Position numbers and translations under genes: made by a program. The notes under the pieces were generated by a model. The model saw nothing but the letters and a program-made list of their open reading frames with translations. It did not search any database and was not told the origin of the DNA. A stretch of 64,000 nt of DNA from a virus, in IMG/VR virus record IMGVR_UViG_3300032893_000011, positions 1 through 64,000 of that record. The stretch is one strand, 5' to 3'. Below, in pieces: positions 35,811 through 44,200 of the stretch; position 1 is the stretch's first letter, and each line of letters starts with the position of its first letter.

Positions 35811-38800
35811 ATGTGGCCCGACCACGCCGAGGCGATCGAGGAGACCGTTAACGCCGAGGAGGCGCTGGAGGACGCCTACACACAGGCCCTGCACGCATGG
35901 GCGCCCCACGTGCAGGCCGCTGTCCTACCCGAACTGGACGGGCAGATCGTCACCGGCGACGACGACCCGCTGACCGCCGCAGCCACCGAAATCCCGCCCA
36001 ACCCCGACGCTGTCGGCTCCACCCAAAACCAGTGGGACGCCAGCGCGGCCGAGCACGTGCTGCCGGTGGTGGAGAAACTATGGGACGACGCCGCACTGGC
36101 CGCCGGGATCGGAACCGGGACACTCACCGCCGCCCTAAGCGCAGCCGACCTGCTGGCCGCAGCGAAATCGGCGCGCGACGACTTCACAAGCCGCTACAGG
36201 GACACCGCAGCGCAAGTGCCCGCCGCGGTGCGAGCCGAACTGCAGGCCATCATCAAACGCGCGCCCATAGGCACCACCACCTCGGCGCTGCGCTCGACCA
36301 TCCGCAAAGCCATCACACCCGGATCAGCGCTGCTGCGCGACCTGTCGCGACGCGCGAGCTACCACGCCGCCGGGATCCTCAACCACGCCCTCACGGCCGT
36401 CGCCAAACACACCGCAGGCGCCGACCGGCTCGAATGGCTGTGTGTGCACCCCGACACGGTCGTGTCGGCTGTCGGCGTCACCCACCTGGCGCGTCGCCGC
36501 TACGAAGGCACCCTTGTATCGATTCGCACAGCTTCGGGGTCGGCCGTGGCCCTCACACCGCAGCACCGTGTACTGACCGGCCGCGGGTGGGTGGCCGCCC
36601 AGCTCCTTCACGAGGGTGACGAGCTGTTCAAGGTCGGGGCCGTTAACGCCCCGGTCGCACCACACGTACAGGACGGGATAACCGTTATCGGTGATGTGGT
36701 CGACGCGGCGATGGACGGTCGCCCGCCCCAGGTGCGGTCCGTGGCGCGAGGTGTGGATTTCGACGGCCACACCGCTGGCGAGTATGTCGACGTTGTAGCG
36801 GCCGACCGCGACCTGCCGATCAACATCGAACCCGCTGGCGGCGAGATGCTCGGCGACCTGCTGCTCGCTGACGCCGACAGTCTGGCTCATGCGGCGATGC
36901 TTGGTGCGCGCCATCGCAACCACACCCTCGGCCGGTTTGGCGCGGCCCCGGTTCTTGTCGGCAACCATGCCGTAGAAGGCGGCCTTGACATCGGCGGGAA
37001 TCTTCGACACCCGGACCTTGCCAGCGGCGGACTTATCCCGCAACTCGACACCGGCCGCCGCGACAACGGCGGCGATCAACTGACCGGAACAACCGTATCG
37101 CTGGCCGAGCGCGAGCCGGGATCCCCCGGCGAGATACGCGGCGACGATCTCGTCAGCGTTGGCGCGGATGTCGCCGCGCCGCCGGGCCTCGACACCGAGT
37201 TTCTGCGCGGCCCGCGCCTGCGCAACGGCCTCGGGTCGGGTGAAACGCATCCGGGTGCCCTCGGCGCGGGTCCTCAAAACTCCCGCGTCGCGCAGCCTGC
37301 GGCGAACCGTCCCGGGGCTGCCGCCCAGGTCCACGGAGATTTCGACGGGACTCCATCCGGCGGTATACCTGGCGACGACCTCATCGACGTCGAGCCGGAC
37401 CCGCTTGGTGCGTGTGTTCGCGACCGGGTGGTCAGAGTGGGGCGAATTTTCCATAGCGGGTACGTGTACGACCTTTCGACGCGTGGCCATTGGTACACGG
37501 CGAATGGACTTATTGCACATAATTCTATACTCGACGAACGCACCCGCGACACCCATTGGGAGGCAGACGGGCAGGTCACATCGATCGGCGGGATGTTCGT
37601 CGTCGGCGGCTCTGAAATGGAATTTCCAGGGGACCATAGGGCCCCAATACGCGAATGGATCAACTGCGTGACCGGCGAGGCGCTAGTCTCCTGGCCTGGG
37701 CAGCAGGTATCTCACGCTACGAAGCGGCGCCACCGCGGCGCGTTCGTCCATCTGCTCACGGCTGACGGTCACGACCTCACCATCACCGCGAATCATCCCG
37801 TACTGACCGACGCCGGATACGTCACCGCTCACCTGTTGCGCCCAGGCGATCACGTCATCGCATCCGACCCCCTCAATGCCCCACAGGTAGATCACATGCC
37901 AGCCCGTGCTGATGAGGTCTATCGTGCGTTTCGCGATGCGGGGGTAGAGCAGCGGGTTGTAGCGAGCGGCGTGGACTTCCACCACGACGCGCTCGAAGGC
38001 GACGAAGTCAGCGTTGTACGGGCCGATGGTGACTTGTCCGAGGAGTTCAACCCCGGCCTTCTCGGCGGCGGCGACGATGCAGCGCTCGTTGGGCTGGGCA
38101 GCGGAAAGGGTGACGCCGCGCGTGCGGGCTCTGCTGTAAACGGCCGTCTCGACCTGGCCGTAGTAGCCCCTGGACGGCCTGGCGGCCGTCGACCGGCGAG
38201 CCTCGTTGGCGGCCCGGGCGATAGCGCGCCTACCCTCACGGTCGAGTTTGGCGAACCTGATCCGGTTGGCTTCGCTGCCAGAACGCACAGGAAGTCCCTG
38301 GTCGCGCAGGAGACGGACGATGGTGTCTCTGCTTACTCCGATGGTGCGCGCCATCTGCAGCACGCTTATGCCCTCGGCATGAAGCCGAGCAAGCTCACCG
38401 CTGTCGACGTTTACTTTGGCGACCATGATGTCTTCAACTTCTCGACCACCCAACAATTCTACTTCGGCAATGGCATTGCCGTGCACAACTGCCGATGCAG
38501 GCTGATCGCCCTGGGTGCAGGTGAGGAGCCTAAACTGCGGCGCGTGCCCGCCGAGGAGGCGGCCAAACGCGCCAAGCGCGGCGTGGTGCACGCCGAAGCG
38601 GAATCGGTGACCGCAGCGACGGAAGAGGTGGAGCAGATGGGCACCGTCACCCAGATCGATCCCCAGCAGCAGCCCGGCGAGACGTACCGCACGTTCACGG
38701 CGACGACCGCGTTCCTCGGCGTCCCCACCACCGACCGCCGCATGCTGCACAAGAAGATGGACCTGAAGATCCGGGCAGCCCCGCGACCGCTGATGTGGAT

Positions 38801-39962
38801 GTCCAAGACCGGTGATGGCATGGGGGGGCACCAGCACGCGTCCACGGTGGGCGTCATCGAGTCGGAGCAGGTCAAGGGCAACAAGATCGTCGAGTCGGGG
38901 TACCTGCTGAACACCCCGGACGCCGACGAGGCGGCGATGCAGCTCGCGCACAAGGTCACCCGGCCGTCGGTCGATTTGGGCGGCGCGGACTGGCAGATGA
39001 CCGACGAGGACGGCAACAAGATCGGCGAGGAGGAGTGGCGCAACCTGTCGCCGGGCACCAAGACGTACCGCACGTTCACCGCCGGTGAGTTGATGGGCAC
39101 AACCTTGGTGTCCACGCCCGCGTTCGGGGCGACGTCGCTGACGCTGCACCCGGAGCGCGAGACGCGGGACGTGGCGCTGGTCGCGGCGGCGGTGCAAAGC
39201 GCCCTGTTCTACGAGCCCCGCATATACCCGGCGTCGCACTTCTCCGACCCGCAGCTGCCCGGGCCGGCCCAACCGACGATGCTCGACGACGGCCGCATAG
39301 TGGGGCACATCGCCTGCTGGGGGGCGTGCCACCGCAGCGTGCAGAAACTCTGCCAGGAGGCGCCCCGATCCCCGTCCAATTACAGCCACTTCCACACCTC
39401 CCCGGCGGTGCGCCTCGACGACGGCACCCGGCTGCCGGTGGGACGGTTGACGATCGCCACCGGCCACGCCGACGGCCGCCTGAGCGGTGTGCCCGCGCAG
39501 GCCCACTACGACAACACCGGCTCCTGCTGGGCGCTGGTGCGGGCCGGGGAGGACGAGCACGGCATCTGGGTGTCCGGCATCGCCGCCCCGTGGGCCGACG
39601 CGGACCTGGTGGAGCAGGGCCTGTCCGCGCCGCTGTCGGGCGACTGGCGCGACTTCGGCGCCGGCCTGGACCTGATCGCCGCCCTGTCCGTGAACACCCC
39701 CGGGTTCGTCGCGGCCTCCGGGTTCGAGGACGAGTGGGGCCAGCAGCTGACCCTGGTGGCGTCCCTCGGACCGGACCCGACAGGGTCCCGCGGCCCGGCC
39801 GCGCTGACCCGCGACGACATCAAACGCGCGTTCGCCGAGGTCCTGTTCGAGGAGAATGCGCGAATCGAGCGGGAGTCGGCCCTGACGCGGGCCGCAGCGT
39901 TCACCCACCCGCCCACCCACAACGAGCGGGTCCGCGACATGCTGACCAGGGCCGGGTTCTAG
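35811..39962 (+). CDS. MuF-like minor capsid / capsid maturation protease fusion with two inteins
   Basis: Spliced sequence restores EWL-SILDERTRDTHWEADGQ...FPGD...EWIN-CRC; C-terminal GTTLVSTPAF, GHIACWGACH, LSGDWR. Confidence 0.87.
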   Translation: MWPDHAEAIEETVNAEEALEDAYTQALHAWAPHVQAAVLPELDGQIVTGDDDPLTAAATEIPPNPDAVGSTQNQWDASAAEHVLPVVEKLWDDAALAAGIGTGTLTAALSAADLLAAAKSARDDFTSRYRDTAAQVPAAVRAELQAIIKRAPIGTTTSALRSTIRKAITPGSALLRDLSRRASYHAAGILNHALTAVAKHTAGADRLEWLCVHPDTVVSAVGVTHLARRRYEGTLVSIRTASGSAVALTPQHRVLTGRGWVAAQLLHEGDELFKVGAVNAPVAPHVQDGITVIGDVVDAAMDGRPPQVRSVARGVDFDGHTAGEYVDVVAADRDLPINIEPAGGEMLGDLLLADADSLAHAAMLGARHRNHTLGRFGAAPVLVGNHAVEGGLDIGGNLRHPDLASGGLIPQLDTGRRDNGGDQLTGTTVSLAEREPGSPGEIRGDDLVSVGADVAAPPGLDTEFLRGPRLRNGLGSGETHPGALGAGPQNSRVAQPAANRPGAAAQVHGDFDGTPSGGIPGDDLIDVEPDPLGACVRDRVVRVGRIFHSGYVYDLSTRGHWYTANGLIAHNSILDERTRDTHWEADGQVTSIGGMFVVGGSEMEFPGDHRAPIREWINCVTGEALVSWPGQQVSHATKRRHRGAFVHLLTADGHDLTITANHPVLTDAGYVTAHLLRPGDHVIASDPLNAPQVDHMPARADEVYRAFRDAGVEQRVVASGVDFHHDALEGDEVSVVRADGDLSEEFNPGLLGGGDDAALVGLGSGKGDAARAGSAVNGRLDLAVVAPGRPGGRRPASLVGGPGDSAPTLTVEFGEPDPVGFAARTHRKSLVAQETDDGVSAYSDGARHLQHAYALGMKPSKLTAVDVYFGDHDVFNFSTTQQFYFGNGIAVHNCRCRLIALGAGEEPKLRRVPAEEAAKRAKRGVVHAEAESVTAATEEVEQMGTVTQIDPQQQPGETYRTFTATTAFLGVPTTDRRMLHKKMDLKIRAAPRPLMWMSKTGDGMGGHQHASTVGVIESEQVKGNKIVESGYLLNTPDADEAAMQLAHKVTRPSVDLGGADWQMTDEDGNKIGEEEWRNLSPGTKTYRTFTAGELMGTTLVSTPAFGATSLTLHPERETRDVALVAAAVQSALFYEPRIYPASHFSDPQLPGPAQPTMLDDGRIVGHIACWGACHRSVQKLCQEAPRSPSNYSHFHTSPAVRLDDGTRLPVGRLTIATGHADGRLSGVPAQAHYDNTGSCWALVRAGEDEHGIWVSGIAAPWADADLVEQGLSAPLSGDWRDFGAGLDLIAALSVNTPGFVAASGFEDEWGQQLTLVASLGPDPTGSRGPAALTRDDIKRAFAEVLFEENARIERESALTRAAAFTHPPTHNERVRDMLTRAGF
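36324..37454 (-). CDS. Antisense gene in intein 1: two HTH + Vsr/DUF559-like endonuclease
   Basis: HTH VVARYTAGWSPVEISVDLGGSPGTVRRRL; SEQQVAEHL..RQVAVGRYNVDIL..VAVEIH..GYPVLYVW; start could be ATG 37490. Confidence 0.78.
   Translation of the reverse strand: MENSPHSDHPVANTRTKRVRLDVDEVVARYTAGWSPVEISVDLGGSPGTVRRRLRDAGVLRTRAEGTRMRFTRPEAVAQARAAQKLGVEARRRGDIRANADEIVAAYLAGGSRLALGQRYGCSGQLIAAVVAAAGVELRDKSAAGKVRVSKIPADVKAAFYGMVADKNRGRAKPAEGVVAMARTKHRRMSQTVGVSEQQVAEHLAASGFDVDRQVAVGRYNVDILASGVAVEIHTSRHGPHLGRATVHRRVDHITDNGYPVLYVWCDRGVNGPDLEQLVTLVKELGGHPPAAGQYTVLRCEGHGRPRSCANRYKGAFVAATRQVGDADSRHDRVGVHTQPFEPVGACGVFGDGREGVVEDPGGVVARASRQVAQQR
36441..37523 (+). mobile_element. Intein 1 in MuF domain (361 aa)
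   Basis: C1 CVHPDT, block B LTPQHRVLTGRGW, ends VYDLSTRGHWYTANGLIAHN/S. Confidence 0.9.
37522..37527 (-). promoter_or_regulatory. Putative -10 box (TAGAAT) for antisense nuclease 1
   Basis: Reverse complement of ATTCTA spanning the Asn/Ser splice junction codons. Confidence 0.45.
37683..38426 (-). CDS. Antisense gene nested in intein 2: HTH + Vsr/DUF559-like endonuclease (247 aa)
   Basis: HTH GISVLQMARTIGVSRDTIVRLL; NERCIV..GQVTIGPYNADFV..VVVEVH..GWHVIYLW. Confidence 0.8.
   Translation of the reverse strand: MVAKVNVDSGELARLHAEGISVLQMARTIGVSRDTIVRLLRDQGLPVRSGSEANRIRFAKLDREGRRAIARAANEARRSTAARPSRGYYGQVETAVYSRARTRGVTLSAAQPNERCIVAAAEKAGVELLGQVTIGPYNADFVAFERVVVEVHAARYNPLLYPRIAKRTIDLISTGWHVIYLWGIEGVGCDDVIAWAQQVSGDVSGVGQYGMIRGDGEVVTVSREQMDERAAVAPLRSVRYLLPRPGD
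38456..38461 (-). promoter_or_regulatory. Putative -10 box (TAGAAT) for antisense nuclease 2
   Basis: About 30 nt upstream of ATG 38426, inside intein C-terminal block. Confidence 0.45.
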
Positions 39963-40030
39963 CCCCGCGCGGTGGTGCGTTCGACGCGGCGGCGTTTACG
40001 CTGTGACCGGAGCCTTGCAAAGGGAGGGCA

Positions 40031-40246
40031 GTAGACACGCCATGCAACTGCGGCGGCGGCCGCCGCACCATCCCACCGTCGCCCCCGGTCGGCTACTACG
40101 TGGTGCTGCCCGACGGGACCGAGATCCCGGCGGTGCACGCAGACCCGCCCGAGAAGCCGTTCCTGCAGGCGTGGCAGGCGCGGCGCAAAGCAATCGAGGC
40201 CGGCGGCGGGACGATACGGTCGGTGAAACGGCGACCCACGAGGTGA
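40031..40246 (+). CDS. Small CxCGG head-module protein, no canonical start codon
   Basis: (V)DTPCNCGGG..YYVVLPDG..AGGGTIR; GGGAGG RBS precedes GTA; in-frame TGA at 40004. Confidence 0.5.
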   Translation, partial: VDTPCNCGGGRRTIPPSPPVGYYVVLPDGTEIPAVHADPPEKPFLQAWQARRKAIEAGGGTIRSVKRRPTR

Positions 40247-40312
40247 TGCACACCCGATAGATACCCTGCGGCGTAGTAAACAGGCCCTTCGATAGAGAGT
40301 CAGAGCGCCGCC

Positions 40313-42178
40313 GTGGCTTTCCAACTGCCGGAGCAGCTGCCCACCACCGTCGCAGAGCTCGACGAGCTGCTGAACCAAGCCCGCGCCGAGATCCAGGAAA
40401 TCCAGCGCCGCGACGAGGAAGGCGAAGTCCTCACCCAGGACGACGTCGACGAACTCAACCGCCTGCTGGACGCCGTCGACCAGGTCAGCGCCGCCAAGGC
40501 CGAGGCCGTGGCCGCGGAGAAGGCCGCCAAAGCCGAGGCCGAGGCCAAGGAGAAGGAACGCCGCAAGGCGGTCGACGCCGCGCTGCGGCGCGCCAAGAAG
40601 GTCACCGAGGTCAAGGCCAAGCCCGAACCGGTCGCCGAGGAGCCCGAAACCGAGGAGCCCGAAGCCGAAGACGGTGAAGGCGAGGCCGAGGAGTCCGAGC
40701 AGCCGGTGGAGGAGGCCGAGGAGCCTGATGAGGCGACCCCGAACGTGCCCGCGGTCCCCGAGGACACCAAGCCGGTGCCCGTGGCCGCCGCCGCGAAACC
40801 CACCAACGGGCGGCGCCCGGTGCGATACGACGGGCTGGGCAGAAGCGACGACGTGCCCGCCACCCGCGAGCCCGGCTGGGAGATGGACCCGTCGTGCCCC
40901 GGCTACCGGCCCGGCATGGGCCGTATTGGGTTCGCCGAGCTCGGCCGCGCCATCGACTCGGTCAAGCCCGGCTCCCGCAGCCGCAACCGGCCCAACAAGT
41001 TCTCGCCCAACGCCATCTACTCGGCGCAGGTCCTGGCGAGGCTGGCGCGGGACATGGAGACCGCGGCCGACGCGCACGCCCTGTACGCCGCCATCAACGC
41101 GGCCACCGACCAGAAGGCCCTGCCCGGCGGGTCGCTGGTCGCGGCCGGCGGGTGGTGCGCCCCGTCCGAGCAGCTGTACAACTTCTGCGACGTCCCCAAC
41201 GCGACCGACCTGATCTCCCTCCCGGAGATCGCTATCAACCGGGGCGGCATCCGCTGGCCGATAGAACCCGACCTCACCGCCATCTTCAACGACTTCGAAT
41301 GGTTCTACACCGAGCCGCAGCTGGAGGCCGTCGACTCGGGCGGGGACCCGACCGCGCAGAAGAACTGCGTCGACATCCCGTGCCCCGAGGAGTTCGAGGA
41401 GATCCGGCTCAACGCGCTCGGGTACTGCGTCGAGGCGGGCATCCTGCAGACCCAGGGCTGGCCCGAACTGATCACGTGGTTCATGGAGCAGCTGGCGCAG
41501 GAGCATTTAAGGGCCCTGTCGAAGAGGACGATCATCGACCTGGTCGCCGGGTCCACGCACATCTCGATCAACCCGAACTACACGTTCGGCGCGGTCCCGG
41601 CGCTGCTCAACAGCCTGGCGATGGTGGCCACCAACCTGCGGCTGCAGAAGGGCCTGGCCCGCGACACGATCATCGAGGGCGTGGCCCCGTCGTGGCTGGC
41701 CGAGGTGATGCGCGCCGATTTGGCGATGCAGGAGGGCGTGTCCAACAAGGCCGTCACCGACGCCGAGGTGCTCGGCTGGTTCGCGGCCCGCAACATCGCC
41801 CTGCAGCTGGTCGGCGACTGGCAGACCCGCGACGCCGGCACCCCCGGCGACCTGACGATGGGCGTGTGGCCCGCCGAGATGGACATCCTGCTCTACCCGG
41901 CCGGGACGTGGTTCCGGTCGATGAGCAACGTCATCGAGTTGGGCGTCATGTACCCCAAGGAGCAGCTGGCCGTGAACCGCTACACGCGCTTCTTCGTCGA
42001 GGACGCCCTGGCGGTCGGCAAGCGCTGCTACCAGTCGCAGGTCGTGACCGTCCCCATCTGCGTGTCCGGTGCCCTGTCGGAGCGTGTCAGCGTCGCCTGC
42101 GGCCCCTACACGGGCGTGCGGGAGGCCGGCAGCCTGACGGTGCCGTCGACCTTCCAGCCGGGCGGCGACTGGTCGTAG
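40313..42178 (+). CDS. Major capsid (hexamer-type) protein with N-terminal scaffold-like coiled coil
   Basis: Acidic coiled-coil N-terminus, SLVAAGGWCAPSE, RGGIRW, LLYPAGTW, NRYTRFFVE. Confidence 0.88.
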   Translation: MAFQLPEQLPTTVAELDELLNQARAEIQEIQRRDEEGEVLTQDDVDELNRLLDAVDQVSAAKAEAVAAEKAAKAEAEAKEKERRKAVDAALRRAKKVTEVKAKPEPVAEEPETEEPEAEDGEGEAEESEQPVEEAEEPDEATPNVPAVPEDTKPVPVAAAAKPTNGRRPVRYDGLGRSDDVPATREPGWEMDPSCPGYRPGMGRIGFAELGRAIDSVKPGSRSRNRPNKFSPNAIYSAQVLARLARDMETAADAHALYAAINAATDQKALPGGSLVAAGGWCAPSEQLYNFCDVPNATDLISLPEIAINRGGIRWPIEPDLTAIFNDFEWFYTEPQLEAVDSGGDPTAQKNCVDIPCPEEFEEIRLNALGYCVEAGILQTQGWPELITWFMEQLAQEHLRALSKRTIIDLVAGSTHISINPNYTFGAVPALLNSLAMVATNLRLQKGLARDTIIEGVAPSWLAEVMRADLAMQEGVSNKAVTDAEVLGWFAARNIALQLVGDWQTRDAGTPGDLTMGVWPAEMDILLYPAGTWFRSMSNVIELGVMYPKEQLAVNRYTRFFVEDALAVGKRCYQSQVVTVPICVSGALSERVSVACGPYTGVREAGSLTVPSTFQPGGDWS

Positions 42179-42203
42179 CCCCGCAGGCCGGAACGGAGGA
42201 CTG

Positions 42204-43064
42204 ATGTCGCAGGCGGTGCTGCAGTCCGCCCAGTTCTACCCGCCGCTTGAGCACCCCAACCCCCACGGGCTGTACGCGGCGACGAACTGGGGTGTGCCGC
42301 TGTCCCGCGACCCCGCCGAACCGGCCGGCGACGACGCTATCCCCCGCTGGCTGGACGCCGGGGTGCTGTTTAGGCGGATCAACTACCAGGGCGAATGGGC
42401 GTCGGGCGTGTGGGGGGCGCCGTGGTGCCGCGACCCCGAGCAGACCTCCGGCGACGAGGAATCCAAGTACGGGATACGCCCGCAGTTCCCCGGCCCGTTC
42501 GAGGCGGTCACCGTCTGGGCCTACGACGAATGCGACCCCACCCTGTTCTCGCAGGCCGAGATCCTGGAGCGGGTGCAGCAGACCCTGCGGCTGCAGGAGC
42601 AGGTCAACGTCGAGACGATGCTGGCCGCCAGGATGGTCGCCGACCTGGAGGCCATACCGGGGCAGGTGGTGCACCGCCCCACCGTGCACCAGGCGGTCGG
42701 CTACCTGGAGGGTCTGCTCGCCAAAACCAACACCACCGGCCTGATCCACGCCTCCCCGGAGGCCGCAGCCGTCGAGTACGGCATCGTGCTGCCCGTGCGC
42801 TCCGGGGTCCTGCAGACACCCTTGGGGCACCAGTGGGTGTTCGGCGGCGGCTACGTCGACGGCCTGCAGGACCTGCTGGTGGCGACCAGCAGGGTGTACG
42901 GGTGGCGCAACGCCGTGCAGGTCCGCCCCGTCTACGACCAGTACACCTACACCATCGCCGCGATCGCCGAACGCAGCGTCGTCATCGGATACGAGCAGAT
43001 CATGGGCGCCGTCTACACCGAGAGCGTGGAGACCAGCGGCGTGATCCCGGGAGGGGAGCTGTAA
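42204..43064 (+). CDS. Second capsid (pentamer-type) protein
   Basis: P.GLY.A, LLQTPLG-like GVLQTPLGHQWVFGGGY, AIAER; follows major capsid. Confidence 0.75.
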   Translation: MSQAVLQSAQFYPPLEHPNPHGLYAATNWGVPLSRDPAEPAGDDAIPRWLDAGVLFRRINYQGEWASGVWGAPWCRDPEQTSGDEESKYGIRPQFPGPFEAVTVWAYDECDPTLFSQAEILERVQQTLRLQEQVNVETMLAARMVADLEAIPGQVVHRPTVHQAVGYLEGLLAKTNTTGLIHASPEAAAVEYGIVLPVRSGVLQTPLGHQWVFGGGYVDGLQDLLVATSRVYGWRNAVQVRPVYDQYTYTIAAIAERSVVIGYEQIMGAVYTESVETSGVIPGGEL

Positions 43065-43514
43065 ATGCCCAGAGGTGTGATAGCCGAGGTCGTCGACGGG
43101 GTGGCGACGGTCGAGTTCGCCGACGCCGACGCCCGCGTGCAGGCCCTGACCAGGCTCCTGGACGTCGGCGGGCCCGAATCGATCCAGGTGGACACCCGCT
43201 CGGGGCGCCGCCGCAAGTACGTGGTGGCCGAGGGCCACGCCCGGGCGGCCGGGCTGCTCGACGGGCCGCCCAGCAGCGTGTCGCCCCACGGGGACAGCGG
43301 CTACGCCGCCGCCCTGGCCGCCGCCCACGAGGACGCCAAGGCGGTGACCGGCCCGGCGCAGCCCACCAGCCGCAACACCTACAGCGGGCAGACCCCCGCA
43401 GAGGTGGCGCTGGCAGGCGGGCACATCCCCACCGCCGCCCCGCCCGGGCCGGCCCGCAGCCGCCGCGGGAAGATGGCCACCCAACGCGACAAGCCCGAGG
43501 AGAGTGCTGAATAG
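43065..43514 (+). CDS. Hypothetical virion-module protein
   Basis: Adjacent to capsid genes, RBS present. Confidence 0.6.
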   Translation: MPRGVIAEVVDGVATVEFADADARVQALTRLLDVGGPESIQVDTRSGRRRKYVVAEGHARAAGLLDGPPSSVSPHGDSGYAAALAAAHEDAKAVTGPAQPTSRNTYSGQTPAEVALAGGHIPTAAPPGPARSRRGKMATQRDKPEESAE

Positions 43515-43535
43515 TGACAAGAATCGTGCTCACGC

Positions 43536-43736
43536 GTGACACGCCTCCCGCGAGTCACTGATCGAGGGGCACTGACGGCCGTGATCGCCGGGGCGTGGAT
43601 CGTCAGCATCGCGGTAAGGATCTGGGTGCCGTCGACCGCGCCGATGTTCGCCACCGTCGACGCCGCCATGCTGGGGGTGGTCGGATACTGGTTCGCGCAG
43701 CGGTCGGTGCGCCGCGACAACGGCGGGTCGACATGA
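43536..43736 (+). CDS. Small two-TM membrane protein (holin-like)
   Basis: 66 aa, two TM helices, basic C-tail. Confidence 0.5.
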   Translation: MTRLPRVTDRGALTAVIAGAWIVSIAVRIWVPSTAPMFATVDAAMLGVVGYWFAQRSVRRDNGGST

Positions 43737-44197
43737 GCTGGGACCAGTGGCTGGTCGTGGTCGTTGTCGCCGCCGGGCTGCTCGGCATGGGGGCGGTGGT
43801 CGGCTGGGTGTGGCGCGACTCGATACCCGACACGCATCCCCGGCGCATGCAGGTCGTCGTCGCCGTCGTGTTCGCGCTGATCATGGCCGGCTACACCGCC
43901 GACACGGTCAGCCTGCAGCACAGGCTGCGCGCCCATAGCGAGGGCCAGTTCGCCTGCGACAACCTGATGGACAACCGTCGGACGGTCATCGCCAACGAGG
44001 AGGAGAAGGTCGACACCGCCGCCGCAGCCCGCGCGGACGCGTTCGTCGCCGCCCTGCAGGAGGCGGCGCAGACCGGCGGGATCATCGACGCCACCAACCC
44101 CAAATTCGTGCAGCTTGAGGACGCGCTGAAAGCCGAGGCCGCGGAGCGCCGGAACATGCTGGCCGTCACCGCGGCCAACCCGCTGCAAGAATGCTGA
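43733..44197 (+). CDS. Membrane protein with coiled coil and two Cys
   Basis: Two TM helices, helical domain ending NPLQEC. Confidence 0.6.
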   Translation: MSWDQWLVVVVVAAGLLGMGAVVGWVWRDSIPDTHPRRMQVVVAVVFALIMAGYTADTVSLQHRLRAHSEGQFACDNLMDNRRTVIANEEEKVDTAAAARADAFVAALQEAAQTGGIIDATNPKFVQLEDALKAEAAERRNMLAVTAANPLQEC

Positions 44198-44200
44198 ACC

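Larger units (their letters stand above)
37665..38489 (+). mobile_element. Intein 2 in MuF domain (275 aa)
   Basis: C1 CVTGEA, block B ITANHPVLTDAG, ends VFNFSTTQQFYFGNGIAVHN/C. Confidence 0.9.

Noticed and set aside
38427-39920. N-terminal about 500 aa of the 745-aa minus-strand ORF
   Set aside because: In-register shadow of the protease domain; only the part from ATG 38426 has protein-like motifs
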